NCBI GenBank assembly: GCA_020184695.1
Contig: JAANOX010000017.1
Location: 186,001-250,000 of the forward strand
From: Histomonas meleagridis 2922-C6/04-290x
Taxonomy: Eukaryota > Protista > Parabasalia
Direction: 5' to 3'
DNA length: 64,000 bases
Shown in pieces: positions 54,632-64,000 of this stretch. Both the position numbers and the translations under genes were made by a program. Every line of letters begins with the position of its first letter. The stretch's first letter is position 1. Under the pieces are notes generated by a model. That model was not told the DNA's origin. It saw only the letters and a list, made by a program, of their open reading frames with translations, and made no database searches.

Positions 54632-57490
54632 TTATCATGATATATGTAGTTATATATTGATGTTGTTGTCTTCTTTGAAATCATTTGCAAATGGATCTTC
54701 TTCAATTGGTCGAATCTTTATATTAGTCGAAAAATTATGTGGAATGTCATCTTCAAACAGATTAACTTCGTCATCATGTTCATTATCATTGTCATGCATA
54801 GTTGATGTTTCATGTTTTTGTTTACGTTTAACAAATATTATTAATATAATAATAACAATTATGACTAAAATAATGACACAAACAATAATAATAATCGTAG
54901 TGGTATCAATTGTATTATGTTTATGATTGTTATTATCATTAAATGAATTTTGATAATAAATATAATAAATTGAATAATAACTATTTTCAAAATAATATGA
55001 AATAATCGAATATTTATAATAAATAAATTCTGAATATATTAAATAATATGATGAATTAAGAAATGTATTAATTAATGAATTTGATAGAAAGAAACTCAGC
55101 GTGATCGTATACGAAATTTCCATCGTTTGAGTCAAAACAAATGTTTGTGTATATGTTAGAATAGATATATTCAATTTATCAAATGTATTCGAATTGGTTA
55201 ATATATTAGATTGCGTATACGTATTTGATATAATAAATGTATTCGAATTTGTATATGTATATGAATTTGTGAATATATTTGATATTGTATATGTAATTGA
55301 CTTCGAAGATATATTTGATATAGTTAATATATTTGACTTCGTAAATGTATTTGATTTCGAATATGTATTCGAATTGGTAAATGTATTTGATTTTGTATAT
55401 GTATTGGATTTCGAAAATGTGTTTGTGTGAATTTTATATAGTGAGCCCATGAGTGTTATTCTCGTGTTACTTGCAATAGGAACACTGGGTATTTCATATA
55501 TATAGTCTTCCCCTTTGTAAACAGCATGCAGTACTATGTTTATAATACCTTGTGGCAAAACGAACAATGTGTATTCTCTTTTTCCATTTTCTGTATCATC
55601 AACATGAACAAAATCTGTGATGTTCCATTCATTAGCTTTAGAATTCGGATCTAAAGTTATAGTTCCGTCATATATATTAAATGTTCCATTGAGATACAGC
55701 CCACTTAAGTAAAAAGTCCATCCAGACGAAATCTGACCAGGCGTGAAATCAGTATCCAATGAAAGAGACAAAACCAAACACCCCATTCGATGTGTTAAAT
55801 ATCCAGAAAGTGAGGCAGTAAGATCTGTAGCACAGAAAATGTCAATCTTTTTTTGATCCTCTACAGTTTTTTGTATACTTGTATCTATAAGCAATGTTTT
55901 GTCTTTACTAGATACATCTGCATGATATGGATAGTATACATTAAATTTTAAGTTATAAGGATCTTCACAATAAATTTCTTTTTGAAGTGGAATAAATGCA
56001 TTATTTTCATACTCATATGGCACATTAAAAAAATATTCATCTATTTCACTTGAATTTGAACCAATTACTGAAATGCTAATTTGATCTCCATTTTCAAAAT
56101 TGTTGGAGTACGCGTTTAGGTTGGAAAGTAGAGAAGCTGTGGAAAGGTGCTCCATATTTTTCATTATAGACTTTCTATTTGGAGTCAAATCAATTGAAAA
56201 TTCTTTTATCTTAGAACCAATTTTTCTAGGATTGTGCTGGGGAGTATCGTTCCTTAAAGGGTCAGATAGGTTATAGCTTCTTCCTGGCGCAATTACTGCA
56301 ATAAAAAGAATCCAAAATTTCACAGCGTTTCTGGTAAGGATTTCACTTTTTGTCTGCTTTCTGAATACTGATCATCGTGTAAAATATTCAAATTTTTTGC
56401 AAAAGTAACGATCAAGCTAGTCAGAACGACTCTCAAAACCATTGAAAATAAACGGTCATATCACACAATTCTTAATTCTTAACATGAATCACTTAAAGTT
56501 ACTTATTAATAGAATTGTTAACACAAGAGAATATGATTAAAGAACAAATGATGTTTCCTCATCGTTTTTGGAATTAGAGTGGCAAATACATAGCAATATT
56601 TATCTGATTTCCATTCATTTTCTTTGATTTGGTTCATATTATCATGGATATGAATGAAGATAAAATAATTCATACTTTATTTTAATGCTCAAAAGATGAT
56701 TTTTGATATGTTTTGATCAAACTGAAAATTATGCAAAAAAAAAAAATATTTCAATATTGAAAAAGGTTATATAATCTAAAATATTTCCAATACAATTTAT
56801 TTACAATCAAAAATTTTGATCATCATAAAAAAATACATGAATTTTTATCATGATATATGTAGTTATATATTGATGTTGTTGTCTTCTTTGAAATCATTTG
56901 CAAATGGATCTTCTTCAATTGGTCGAATCTTTATATTAGTCGAAAAATTATGTGGAATGTCATCTTCAAACAGATTAACTTCGTCATCATGTTCATTATC
57001 ATTGTCATGCATAGTTGATGTTTCATGTTTTTGTTTACGTTTAACAAATATTATTAATATAATAATAACAATTATGACTAAAATAATGACACAAACAATA
57101 ATAATAATCGTAGTGGTATCAATTGTATTATGTTTATGATTGTTATTATCATTAAATGAATTTTGATAATAAATATAATAAATTGAATAATAACTATTTT
57201 TCAAAATAATATGAAATAATCGAATATTTATAACAAATAAATTCTGAATATATTAAATAATATGATGAATTAAGAAATGTATTAATTAATGAATTTGATA
57301 GAAAGAAACTCAGCGTGATCGTATACGAAATTTCCATCGTTTGAGTCAAAACAAATGTTTGTGTATATGTTAGAATAGATATATTCAATTTATCAAATGT
57401 ATTCGAATTGGTTAATATATTAGATTGCGTATACGTATTTGATATAATAAATGTATTCGAATTAGTATATGTATATGAATTTGTGAATAT
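54632..57490. repeat. Near-identical direct duplication 54632-55276 / 56845-57490 (stalk end, TM, tail, 3' flank)
   Basis: Direct comparison gives a 2213/2214-bp offset. Differences seen: T4 vs T5 run (54984-54987 / 57197-57201) and substitutions at 55020/57234 and 55250/57464. Confidence 0.9.
54650..56323 (-). CDS. Type I surface protein: fimbrillin (Mfa-like)-type ectodomain + SNTFT stalk + TM + DPF tail (GTG start)
   Basis: Signal-like KFWILFIAVIA; FENGDQI, VYYPY, THRMGCL, GLYLNGTFNIYDG, LPQ; (S/T)NT(F/Y)T repeats; TM IIIIVCVIILVIIVIIILIIFV; EEDPFANDF. Confidence 0.7.
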   Translation of the reverse strand: MKFWILFIAVIAPGRSYNLSDPLRNDTPQHNPRKIGSKIKEFSIDLTPNRKSIMKNMEHLSTASLLSNLNAYSNNFENGDQISISVIGSNSSEIDEYFFNVPYEYENNAFIPLQKEIYCEDPYNLKFNVYYPYHADVSSKDKTLLIDTSIQKTVEDQKKIDIFCATDLTASLSGYLTHRMGCLVLSLSLDTDFTPGQISSGWTFYLSGLYLNGTFNIYDGTITLDPNSKANEWNITDFVHVDDTENGKREYTLFVLPQGIINIVLHAVYKGEDYIYEIPSVPIASNTRITLMGSLYKIHTNTFSKSNTYTKSNTFTNSNTYSKSNTFTKSNILTISNISSKSITYTISNIFTNSYTYTNSNTFIISNTYTQSNILTNSNTFDKLNISILTYTQTFVLTQTMEISYTITLSFFLSNSLINTFLNSSYYLIYSEFIYYKYSIISYYFENSYYSIYYIYYQNSFNDNNNHKHNTIDTTTIIIIVCVIILVIIVIIILIIFVKRKQKHETSTMHDNDNEHDDEVNLFEDDIPHNFSTNIKIRPIEEDPFANDFKEDNNINI

Positions 57491-58499
57491 TTGTGTATCT
57501 GTAAGCATATTTGATTTTGTAAATGTATTCGATTTCGAATATGTATTTGATTGGGTAAATTTATTTGATTTAGTAAATGTATCTGTAGTAAATTTATCCA
57601 GTGACCCCTGAAGTGTAATTCCATTGTTGCTTTGAATAGGAATACTAGATATTGTATAAATATAATCATGTCCTTCATAAACAGCATGTAAACGTATAGT
57701 TACAATACCTTGTGGTAAAAGATATAATGTGTATTCTCTTTTTCCAATTTCTGTATCATCAACATGAACAAAATCTGTGATGTTCCATTCATTGGTGATT
57801 GAATTTTTGTCTAGAGCTATAGTTCCATTATAAATATTAAATGTTCCATTGAGATACAGTCCACCTAAGTAAAAAGTCCATCCAGACGAAATCTGATCAG
57901 GCGTGAAACCTTTTCCCAATGAAACAGATAAAATCAAACACCCCATTTGATGTGTTAAATATCCATTTGTTATATTACTATCACGTGATGCTTTTATTTT
58001 TGTTGAACAATAAATATTAAATTTTTTTTGATCTTCTTCAGTATTTTGAATACTTGTATCAATTCGTATGTTACCATCACTAGAGACATCCGCAAAATAT
58101 GGAGAGTACACAGAAAATGTTACTTCTTCTGTTGCATCCTGGAAATAAATACCTCGTCCAGTTTCAAGTGGTATAAGGGTGTTTTCAGAGCATTTATATG
58201 GAACATTAAAATATAAATTTTCCATATCGCTATGTGGTGCGTCAATAACAGTAATACCAACCATGTCTCCATCTTCCAAATTATTAACTGATAGAATGAA
58301 TTCGGTTGGGGTTTCAAGTGAAGATTCTATTGATAGATTATGAATAATTTTTTCAACATTTAAATTTTTTTGTGCTTTAATTTCTTTTAGTGAGGAAAAA
58401 TATTTAGTGCCATCTTTCGTATGGCGTAAGTGACTTCTTATACAAGAGGTTGCAACAAAGATCACCCAGAAACCCAATTTGAACAAATTTGAAACTCAT
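56863..58499 (-). pseudogene. Paralog of the fimbrillin-like surface protein, frameshifted near the start and before the TM
   Basis: Same ectodomain motifs. ATG at 58499 is out of frame with the signal peptide; an extra A at 57197-57201 gives YFEK* instead of YFENSYY, leaving TM and tail in ORF 56863-57204. Confidence 0.75.
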
Positions 58500-59177
58500 C
58501 ACTTTTTGAATTCGATGAAATTTGAATGTATCAACTCTCAAAGTTTTTAATATAATTTGGCTGTTTATGTGTAAATCATTCAAAACCGGTGAACTCAAAT
58601 TTTGAAATTTTTTATGAGATCAAAACTGGTACGTATCAGGCTTAGAACAGAAATATAGAACTTTTGGTATTGAAAACGGAGAACGCCGTTAGCGTGTTGA
58701 GGGTTTTGGGTGGTATCAGATAGAAATGAACGATTTCCATCATTTATTGTTAATAATTGTGAAAGAGGTACCGAAACAGAGCGTGAGATTGTTCTGGATT
58801 TTGGCTCCTCTTAAGATAACTTCCTATGTAAGTTCTATCAACTCATGTCCATAAATAATGTTGAAGCATTGGCCTAGGTATTGGTTCTGGTTCCAAATCA
58901 ATGAACTCAACTAACGTTTTAACAGATTCGCATGATGGGGACAAATCATATTGATCAAAATTTGTTGGTATTGTTGGATAAATTGGGACATTATCATATC
59001 CTTTAAGACTTTGCTCAATTCGAGACTCCAAAACCATGTTGATATAATTATTTTTGAAATGTATTCACTTTTTAACACATAAAAAATCAAAGAATAACAT
59101 ATGCTAAAATTATATTTTATTGAAGTAAAAAACATAAATTAAAAATTTATATTACATTCTTCATAAAAATGGCACTC

Positions 59178-59987
59178 TTATAACCATTGATCAGTTTCAT
59201 AATTTTTGAAGTTTTGCAATTCTTCGCCAGCTGGTGCAACTTCTTTGATTTCTTCATCTGAAAATTCCTTCGATTTCATCATATTTACTGTTTGTTTTTT
59301 ATTCCTACGAAAAACAAATATAACAATTCCAATAATTATTAAAACAATTGCAACTGAAACACATATGATACTAATAAGAAGAGCATTGGATATATTTTGT
59401 TCTTGCATTGATAGCATTTCTTTAGTTATTGTGTAAAAATTGATATCATATGCAGAATAGAAGTAAAATGTTGAATAAAAATAAACTTTATAATGATAGT
59501 ATATAATTTCAGATAGAAGAAATGTGTAAAGAGAATCAGTAAATGTATAAAATAATGTGTTGGTTATAAATGTACTTATACTTATTGTCTCTGAAATATA
59601 TAATGACTGAGTTAAAACTAATGAATATGACAATGTTATTGTATAAAGATTTGAATTGTGTAATGTATTTGAATTATTAATTGCATGTGATTTAGAAAAT
59701 GTGTTTGAGTTACTTAATGTATTGGACTTAGCAAATGTATTGCATTGAATAAATGTATTTGAGTTACTATATTTACTTGATTGTGTAAATGTATTTGTCT
59801 GTGCTAATGTATTTGATTGTAAATATGTATTTGATTGATCAAGTGCATTAGTAAATAATTTATTGTTTATGAGATTTGAATAATGCTTTAATCGAATAAT
59901 CGATGTTTTATATATTATACATATTATTTTTATAAATTGAGGTGATTGTAATGTTGGAATAATCTTTTTGAACTTCTTGAATTGCAC
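59178..59987 (-). pseudogene. 5'-truncated surface-protein gene (SNTF stalk + TM + tail)
   Basis: SNTF/QTNTF repeats and TM ALLISIICVSVAIVLIIIGIVIFVF; no ATG or signal peptide upstream of the stalk in frame. Confidence 0.6.
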
Positions 59988-60174
59988 TTCAGTTACTCAC
60001 CATCCTGGAATATAATCCGGATATTTATTTCTACTCTAAACACATTAATTCTCTGAAATTATCGATAATTCGTTTCCCTTGTTTGCGAGGATAAAATAAA
60101 CCGTTAATGTTAACATATAAAATTTACAAACGTTCGCTTAAAATTGGTGTCAATAGTAAACGGATTCTTTTAAA

Positions 60175-61497
60175 ATGAAAAATAACAAAGAACCAATTAT
60201 TTCAAATAATTCAGTATTAATATCAATACTAGACTCCAGAATAGGGCAAATAGAAGCACTGACACTTCCAGGAGATAAACAAAGAATTGAGATAATCAAA
60301 GCAATCAAAGGAATCAAAGAATATTCTAAAAAGTTATCAGCTTTTCTCGACTATTTAATCAATTATTCTTTCATGACTAACACATATTTAAGCGATTTGC
60401 GTGAAAAAGTAAGTATCAATCAAAATTACAAAAACCAAAACAAAAGAATTAAAAACATTGCGCAACTGTTAAACACAGACGAAGGGGGCATTGAGGATAA
60501 AATTCAAAAGCTAAATAATAGAAATCAAGATTATAAAAAATCGTTAAGTATCGCTAACGCTAAAGACGGACACTTAAGCGAAGCACTAGCAAAGGTATCC
60601 AATAAATTCACAGGTAATTTCAATCAGACCTCATCATTTGGAGATAATTCGAAAATAAAATCTTTTATTTCCTCCTCAAGTAATAGCCCGCGAACCAACG
60701 CCAAAGCAAAAGACAAAAAATTTAATGTCCAAAGCTTATCTTCAGATGATGAAACTTATCATCAAATAAAGAAACCATACTCACATAGCCATGGAGAGAA
60801 AGCCAATAATAAAAAGGCAAGTTACAAAAATAAGACAAAATTTTACGATTCTTCTTCCGATGATGAATCATTATATCATAATAAATATCAAACCCGTAAA
60901 ACAGAGCCAAAAAAGCCAAGCGATGCACATACTAAACGAAATTATTCAAAACCAATAAATAAACAAACTATAACTTATTCTTCATCTGATGATGATAATA
61001 ATTCAAATAAACAAAAATTTTCATCATCGAGTGAAGAAACATTTTCTCGTCAAAACACGAAAAATAAGGGCTACAAAAAGTACAGTAATTCTTCATCTGA
61101 TGAAGATTCACATTTCATGAATTCATCTAATCATGAAATTCTGTCAAAGAATACGAAACGTTTTAATTATTCGTCGCTAAGTAGTGATACAGAGCACTTT
61201 ACTTCTTCCGACAATGAAATTTCGAATCGATATTCATCATCTGAAAATTATCAAAAACCGCAAAAAAAGACAATTCGAACAAACAAAAGACAAAGAAACT
61301 CTTCAGAAGACGACTTGAAGCGGTTTTCTGATGACGAAAGTTTCGGGAAGAAAAATCAGAAAAATCGAAACAATTTATCGATTTCATCTGAGGAATACAA
61401 AGAAAGTTTAAACGAGCGGTTCCAGGAAATCGAGGACGAACTCACTGTGCTCAAGAAAGAGTTCAAACGGAAGTTTCAAGCTGCACGAAAACAATAA
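60175..61497 (+). CDS. Hypothetical protein: coiled-coil ends with S/D/K-rich low-complexity middle
   Basis: 440-aa ATG ORF with repeated SSSDD(E) motifs. Confidence 0.7.
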   Translation: MKNNKEPIISNNSVLISILDSRIGQIEALTLPGDKQRIEIIKAIKGIKEYSKKLSAFLDYLINYSFMTNTYLSDLREKVSINQNYKNQNKRIKNIAQLLNTDEGGIEDKIQKLNNRNQDYKKSLSIANAKDGHLSEALAKVSNKFTGNFNQTSSFGDNSKIKSFISSSSNSPRTNAKAKDKKFNVQSLSSDDETYHQIKKPYSHSHGEKANNKKASYKNKTKFYDSSSDDESLYHNKYQTRKTEPKKPSDAHTKRNYSKPINKQTITYSSSDDDNNSNKQKFSSSSEETFSRQNTKNKGYKKYSNSSSDEDSHFMNSSNHEILSKNTKRFNYSSLSSDTEHFTSSDNEISNRYSSSENYQKPQKKTIRTNKRQRNSSEDDLKRFSDDESFGKKNQKNRNNLSISSEEYKESLNERFQEIEDELTVLKKEFKRKFQAARKQ

Positions 61498-61798
61498 CAA
61501 AATATAAATAAAAACTATTTATAATCTTTAAAATACACAAAATAATTAACAAATTTATCTTTTTTTACAATAATTTGGAATATACATTTGAAGAAAATCT
61601 TTTCATAATATAATATATTTGTTTATTTCTTGTATGAAAATCAAATTAGAATTCTGATTTTGCATAAAACCATTAAATCTAAAATGAAAGATATCTTAAT
61701 AGTAAATTTATTGCATTATTAAAAGCCAATCATTTATCTGAATTAATAATTTGAAGATTTTTATAAAAACAAAATTTACTACACATAAAACATATTTA

Positions 61799-64000
61799 TT
61801 ACAATATCTGCGGGGTCCTCAGCCCAGGTTCCATTTGCTGATTTCTCATTTTTTCTTTTCTTAGTATTTCGTCAGCCTTTTCCTTATTAATTCCTGATTG
61901 CTTCACGAGTTCACTATCCCAATCATTTTCGGACATTCTCATCACAGCTCTGTGCTGCGAATTTATAATTTCGGCCATTTGCACAATACTATTTTCTCTT
62001 TCGACGAAAGTTCTTTTTACAAAAGATATCAATTCACTTAATTGCTGTAATTGCAACGACATTTTCTGTGTTCCGTTTTCACCAATTGGCGACATTTTAA
62101 TTTGCGTATTTGTCATTGTCATTAACTCTCTTCTCATACTCGAGAGTAATTGACTTTGTTCATTTTCATTCGTATTAAATTCATAAACAGCAGAAGGCAA
62201 CGAAAACAAATCGAAAAGTTTTTGAAGTTTTTCAAGAAGTTCTTTCAGAAATTCTTTCGGATTATCAATGAAAGAACCCTCAACAAATCGATGCAATGAA
62301 TTAACAACAGTTAAATATTGCGATTTTAATGATTTGATTTGCGATTCATATTTATGTACAAGTGAACTACTTTTACGAACTTCGTTTTTAAGGTCATTAA
62401 ATTGCTTTTGTGCAATTGATGAATGTGATAATTTGTTTTGAAGTTGGTGAAGTTCATTTTCAAGTGTTCGCGTTTTAGTTGTTAATTCTGATATCTTTTG
62501 ATTGGATTCAGCGATTTCGTTTTGAAGTTGACGCGAATATGTATTTAATTCACGTGATTTCTTTTGTTCTTTTTGAAGTTGAATTTTAAGTGTTTCATTT
62601 TGTTGTTTATGTTGTGAAAGTTCTTCAATTAATTTACGGATTTGTAAAGAAAGATTTTTATTATTGTTTTGTAAGTTTTGAAGTTGTTGTGTTAATTGTG
62701 AATTTGATTCCTTAAGTAAATCTAATTCTTTAAGATTAGAAGAATAACGATTCTTAAGTTCCGTAAGTTGATTATTTGATGATTGATTTGTATCTTTTAG
62801 ATTTAATATACTTGAATTAAGACTTTTGTTTTCATTCGCTATCGTTTGAATATTTGTGTTGAGTTGATTGTACTTTTTGAGAATAATTGAATACCTCGAT
62901 TCAATTTGTTTGAGCTTTGAATCTCTTTCAATTATTGACTTGTTCAGACGGTTATTAGCGTTGTTTAATTCTTCGATTTCTTTTGTTTGCTGATGAATTT
63001 GTTGTTGAAGTGTTTCAAGTTGAGAGTTATTTGAATCAAGTAAATTCTCTTTATTTTGTAATTCATTTTTACAATTTTTATATTCTTCATTAATTTTATT
63101 TAATGTGTTTTGAAGTGATTTTTGTGCATCCAAAATTGAAATTATTTGTTTCTTTTGATTTTCAATTGTATTATTTGCAGATGTTATATCATTTTCAAGT
63201 GTGTGAATCTGTAATTCAGTTGTTTCTTTATCAAATTGTAAATGATTAATTTGCGTTTGAAGATTATCAATTGTATTTTGTTTGTTGTTAATTGATTTAT
63301 TAAGTTTATCAATTAAAGTTTTGTTTTCTGTTTGAATTTGATTAAATTTTTCCGAATTCTTTTTGCGTTCTTCTTCCAAATTATTAATTCGTAATTGCAA
63401 TGATTCGTTTTCTGTTTGTGATTCACTTAATTGGTTTTGTAATTCATTAATAACATTTAAATTATCTGCAAAATTATTTGATGATTGACTTAATTTGAGT
63501 TTTAATTGATTATTTTCTTTTTTGAGTGAATTTATTGTTTCCATATTCTTTTGTATTGTGTTATTTGAATTGTTTATTTTATATTTATTTGTTTCGTTTT
63601 CATTTTGTAATTCCAATATTTGATTTTGAAGATTTTCGATTTCATCTAAATTGTCTTTATTCGAATTTTCTGTTTTATTTAAATTACTTTGAAGAGTTTT
63701 AATTTGTTCCAAATTATTTTTATTTGCGTTTTCTAACTCTTTAATTTTTACTTGAAGTAAAATCACTTGATCTGATTTCGTTTTATTGGAATTTTCAAGT
63801 TGAGTTTGAAGCGAATTTATTTGTTCTAAATTGTCTTTATTAACATTTTCTAATTCATCAATTTTAGTTTGAAGTGAAATTTCTATTTCAGATTTCTTTT
63901 TGTTTAATTTTTCGATTTGTTTTTGGAGTGAATTTATTTGACTTAAATTGTCTTTGTTGGTATTTTTCATTTCATTTAGTGCGTTTTGCAGTGATATTAC
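61799..64000 (-). CDS. Long coiled-coil protein, N-terminus beyond window edge
   Basis: N/Q/K/E/L-rich heptads; the frame stays open for 10 codons upstream of ATG 63970 to the window end. Confidence 0.75.
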   Translation of the reverse strand, partial: VISLQNALNEMKNTNKDNLSQINSLQKQIEKLNKKKSEIEISLQTKIDELENVNKDNLEQINSLQTQLENSNKTKSDQVILLQVKIKELENANKNNLEQIKTLQSNLNKTENSNKDNLDEIENLQNQILELQNENETNKYKINNSNNTIQKNMETINSLKKENNQLKLKLSQSSNNFADNLNVINELQNQLSESQTENESLQLRINNLEEERKKNSEKFNQIQTENKTLIDKLNKSINNKQNTIDNLQTQINHLQFDKETTELQIHTLENDITSANNTIENQKKQIISILDAQKSLQNTLNKINEEYKNCKNELQNKENLLDSNNSQLETLQQQIHQQTKEIEELNNANNRLNKSIIERDSKLKQIESRYSIILKKYNQLNTNIQTIANENKSLNSSILNLKDTNQSSNNQLTELKNRYSSNLKELDLLKESNSQLTQQLQNLQNNNKNLSLQIRKLIEELSQHKQQNETLKIQLQKEQKKSRELNTYSRQLQNEIAESNQKISELTTKTRTLENELHQLQNKLSHSSIAQKQFNDLKNEVRKSSSLVHKYESQIKSLKSQYLTVVNSLHRFVEGSFIDNPKEFLKELLEKLQKLFDLFSLPSAVYEFNTNENEQSQLLSSMRRELMTMTNTQIKMSPIGENGTQKMSLQLQQLSELISFVKRTFVERENSIVQMAEIINSQHRAVMRMSENDWDSELVKQSGINKEKADEILRKEKMRNQQMEPGLRTPQIL

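Noticed and set aside
55194-57611. Plus-strand ORFs with VFDFV-type repeats and hydrophobic ORFs (54657-54926, 55194-55430, 56816-57139, 57408-57611)
   Set aside because: Antisense shadows of the SNTFT stalk and TM regions of the minus-strand surface genes.

Overview
AT-rich eukaryotic DNA, most likely from a parabasalid/trichomonad (Tritrichomonas-like). This is inferred from DUF3447-ankyrin genes, BspA-like LRR surface genes with DPF tails, Inr-like TCA(T/C)T motifs just upstream of ATGs, and nearly intron-free compact genes. Housekeeping content: V-ATPase subunit D, calnexin/calreticulin, a DEDDh RNA exonuclease, Prp18, a Rab GTPase, an ERGIC/Erv protein, kinases, a methyltransferase, an alpha/beta hydrolase, two Furry/Tao3-like giants and an SRP (7SL) RNA. 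Main discovery: in three DUF3447-ankyrin loci (1-2884 minus, 14328-16869 plus, 32565-34668 minus) and one pseudogene (~4.3 kb), every ankyrin repeat is split at the same point, between the ...INAK-D codon and the T-A-L codon, by an AT-rich spacer. The spacer is exactly 80 nt in 18 of 24 complete copies even where the sequences have diverged. Spacers break the frame or carry stops and lack GT-AG and trichomonad branch motifs, while the flanking ~90-nt ankyrin segments stay stop-free. This points to an undescribed fixed-length excision or recoding mechanism (non-canonical intron, ribosomal bypass or DNA cassette system) acting on diversified ankyrin arrays. Second highlight: tandem surface-protein genes whose ectodomain resembles Bacteroidota fimbrillin (Mfa-like) pilins, fused to a eukaryotic stalk, TM helix and DPF tail. 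All calls are from manual reading; no searches were run.
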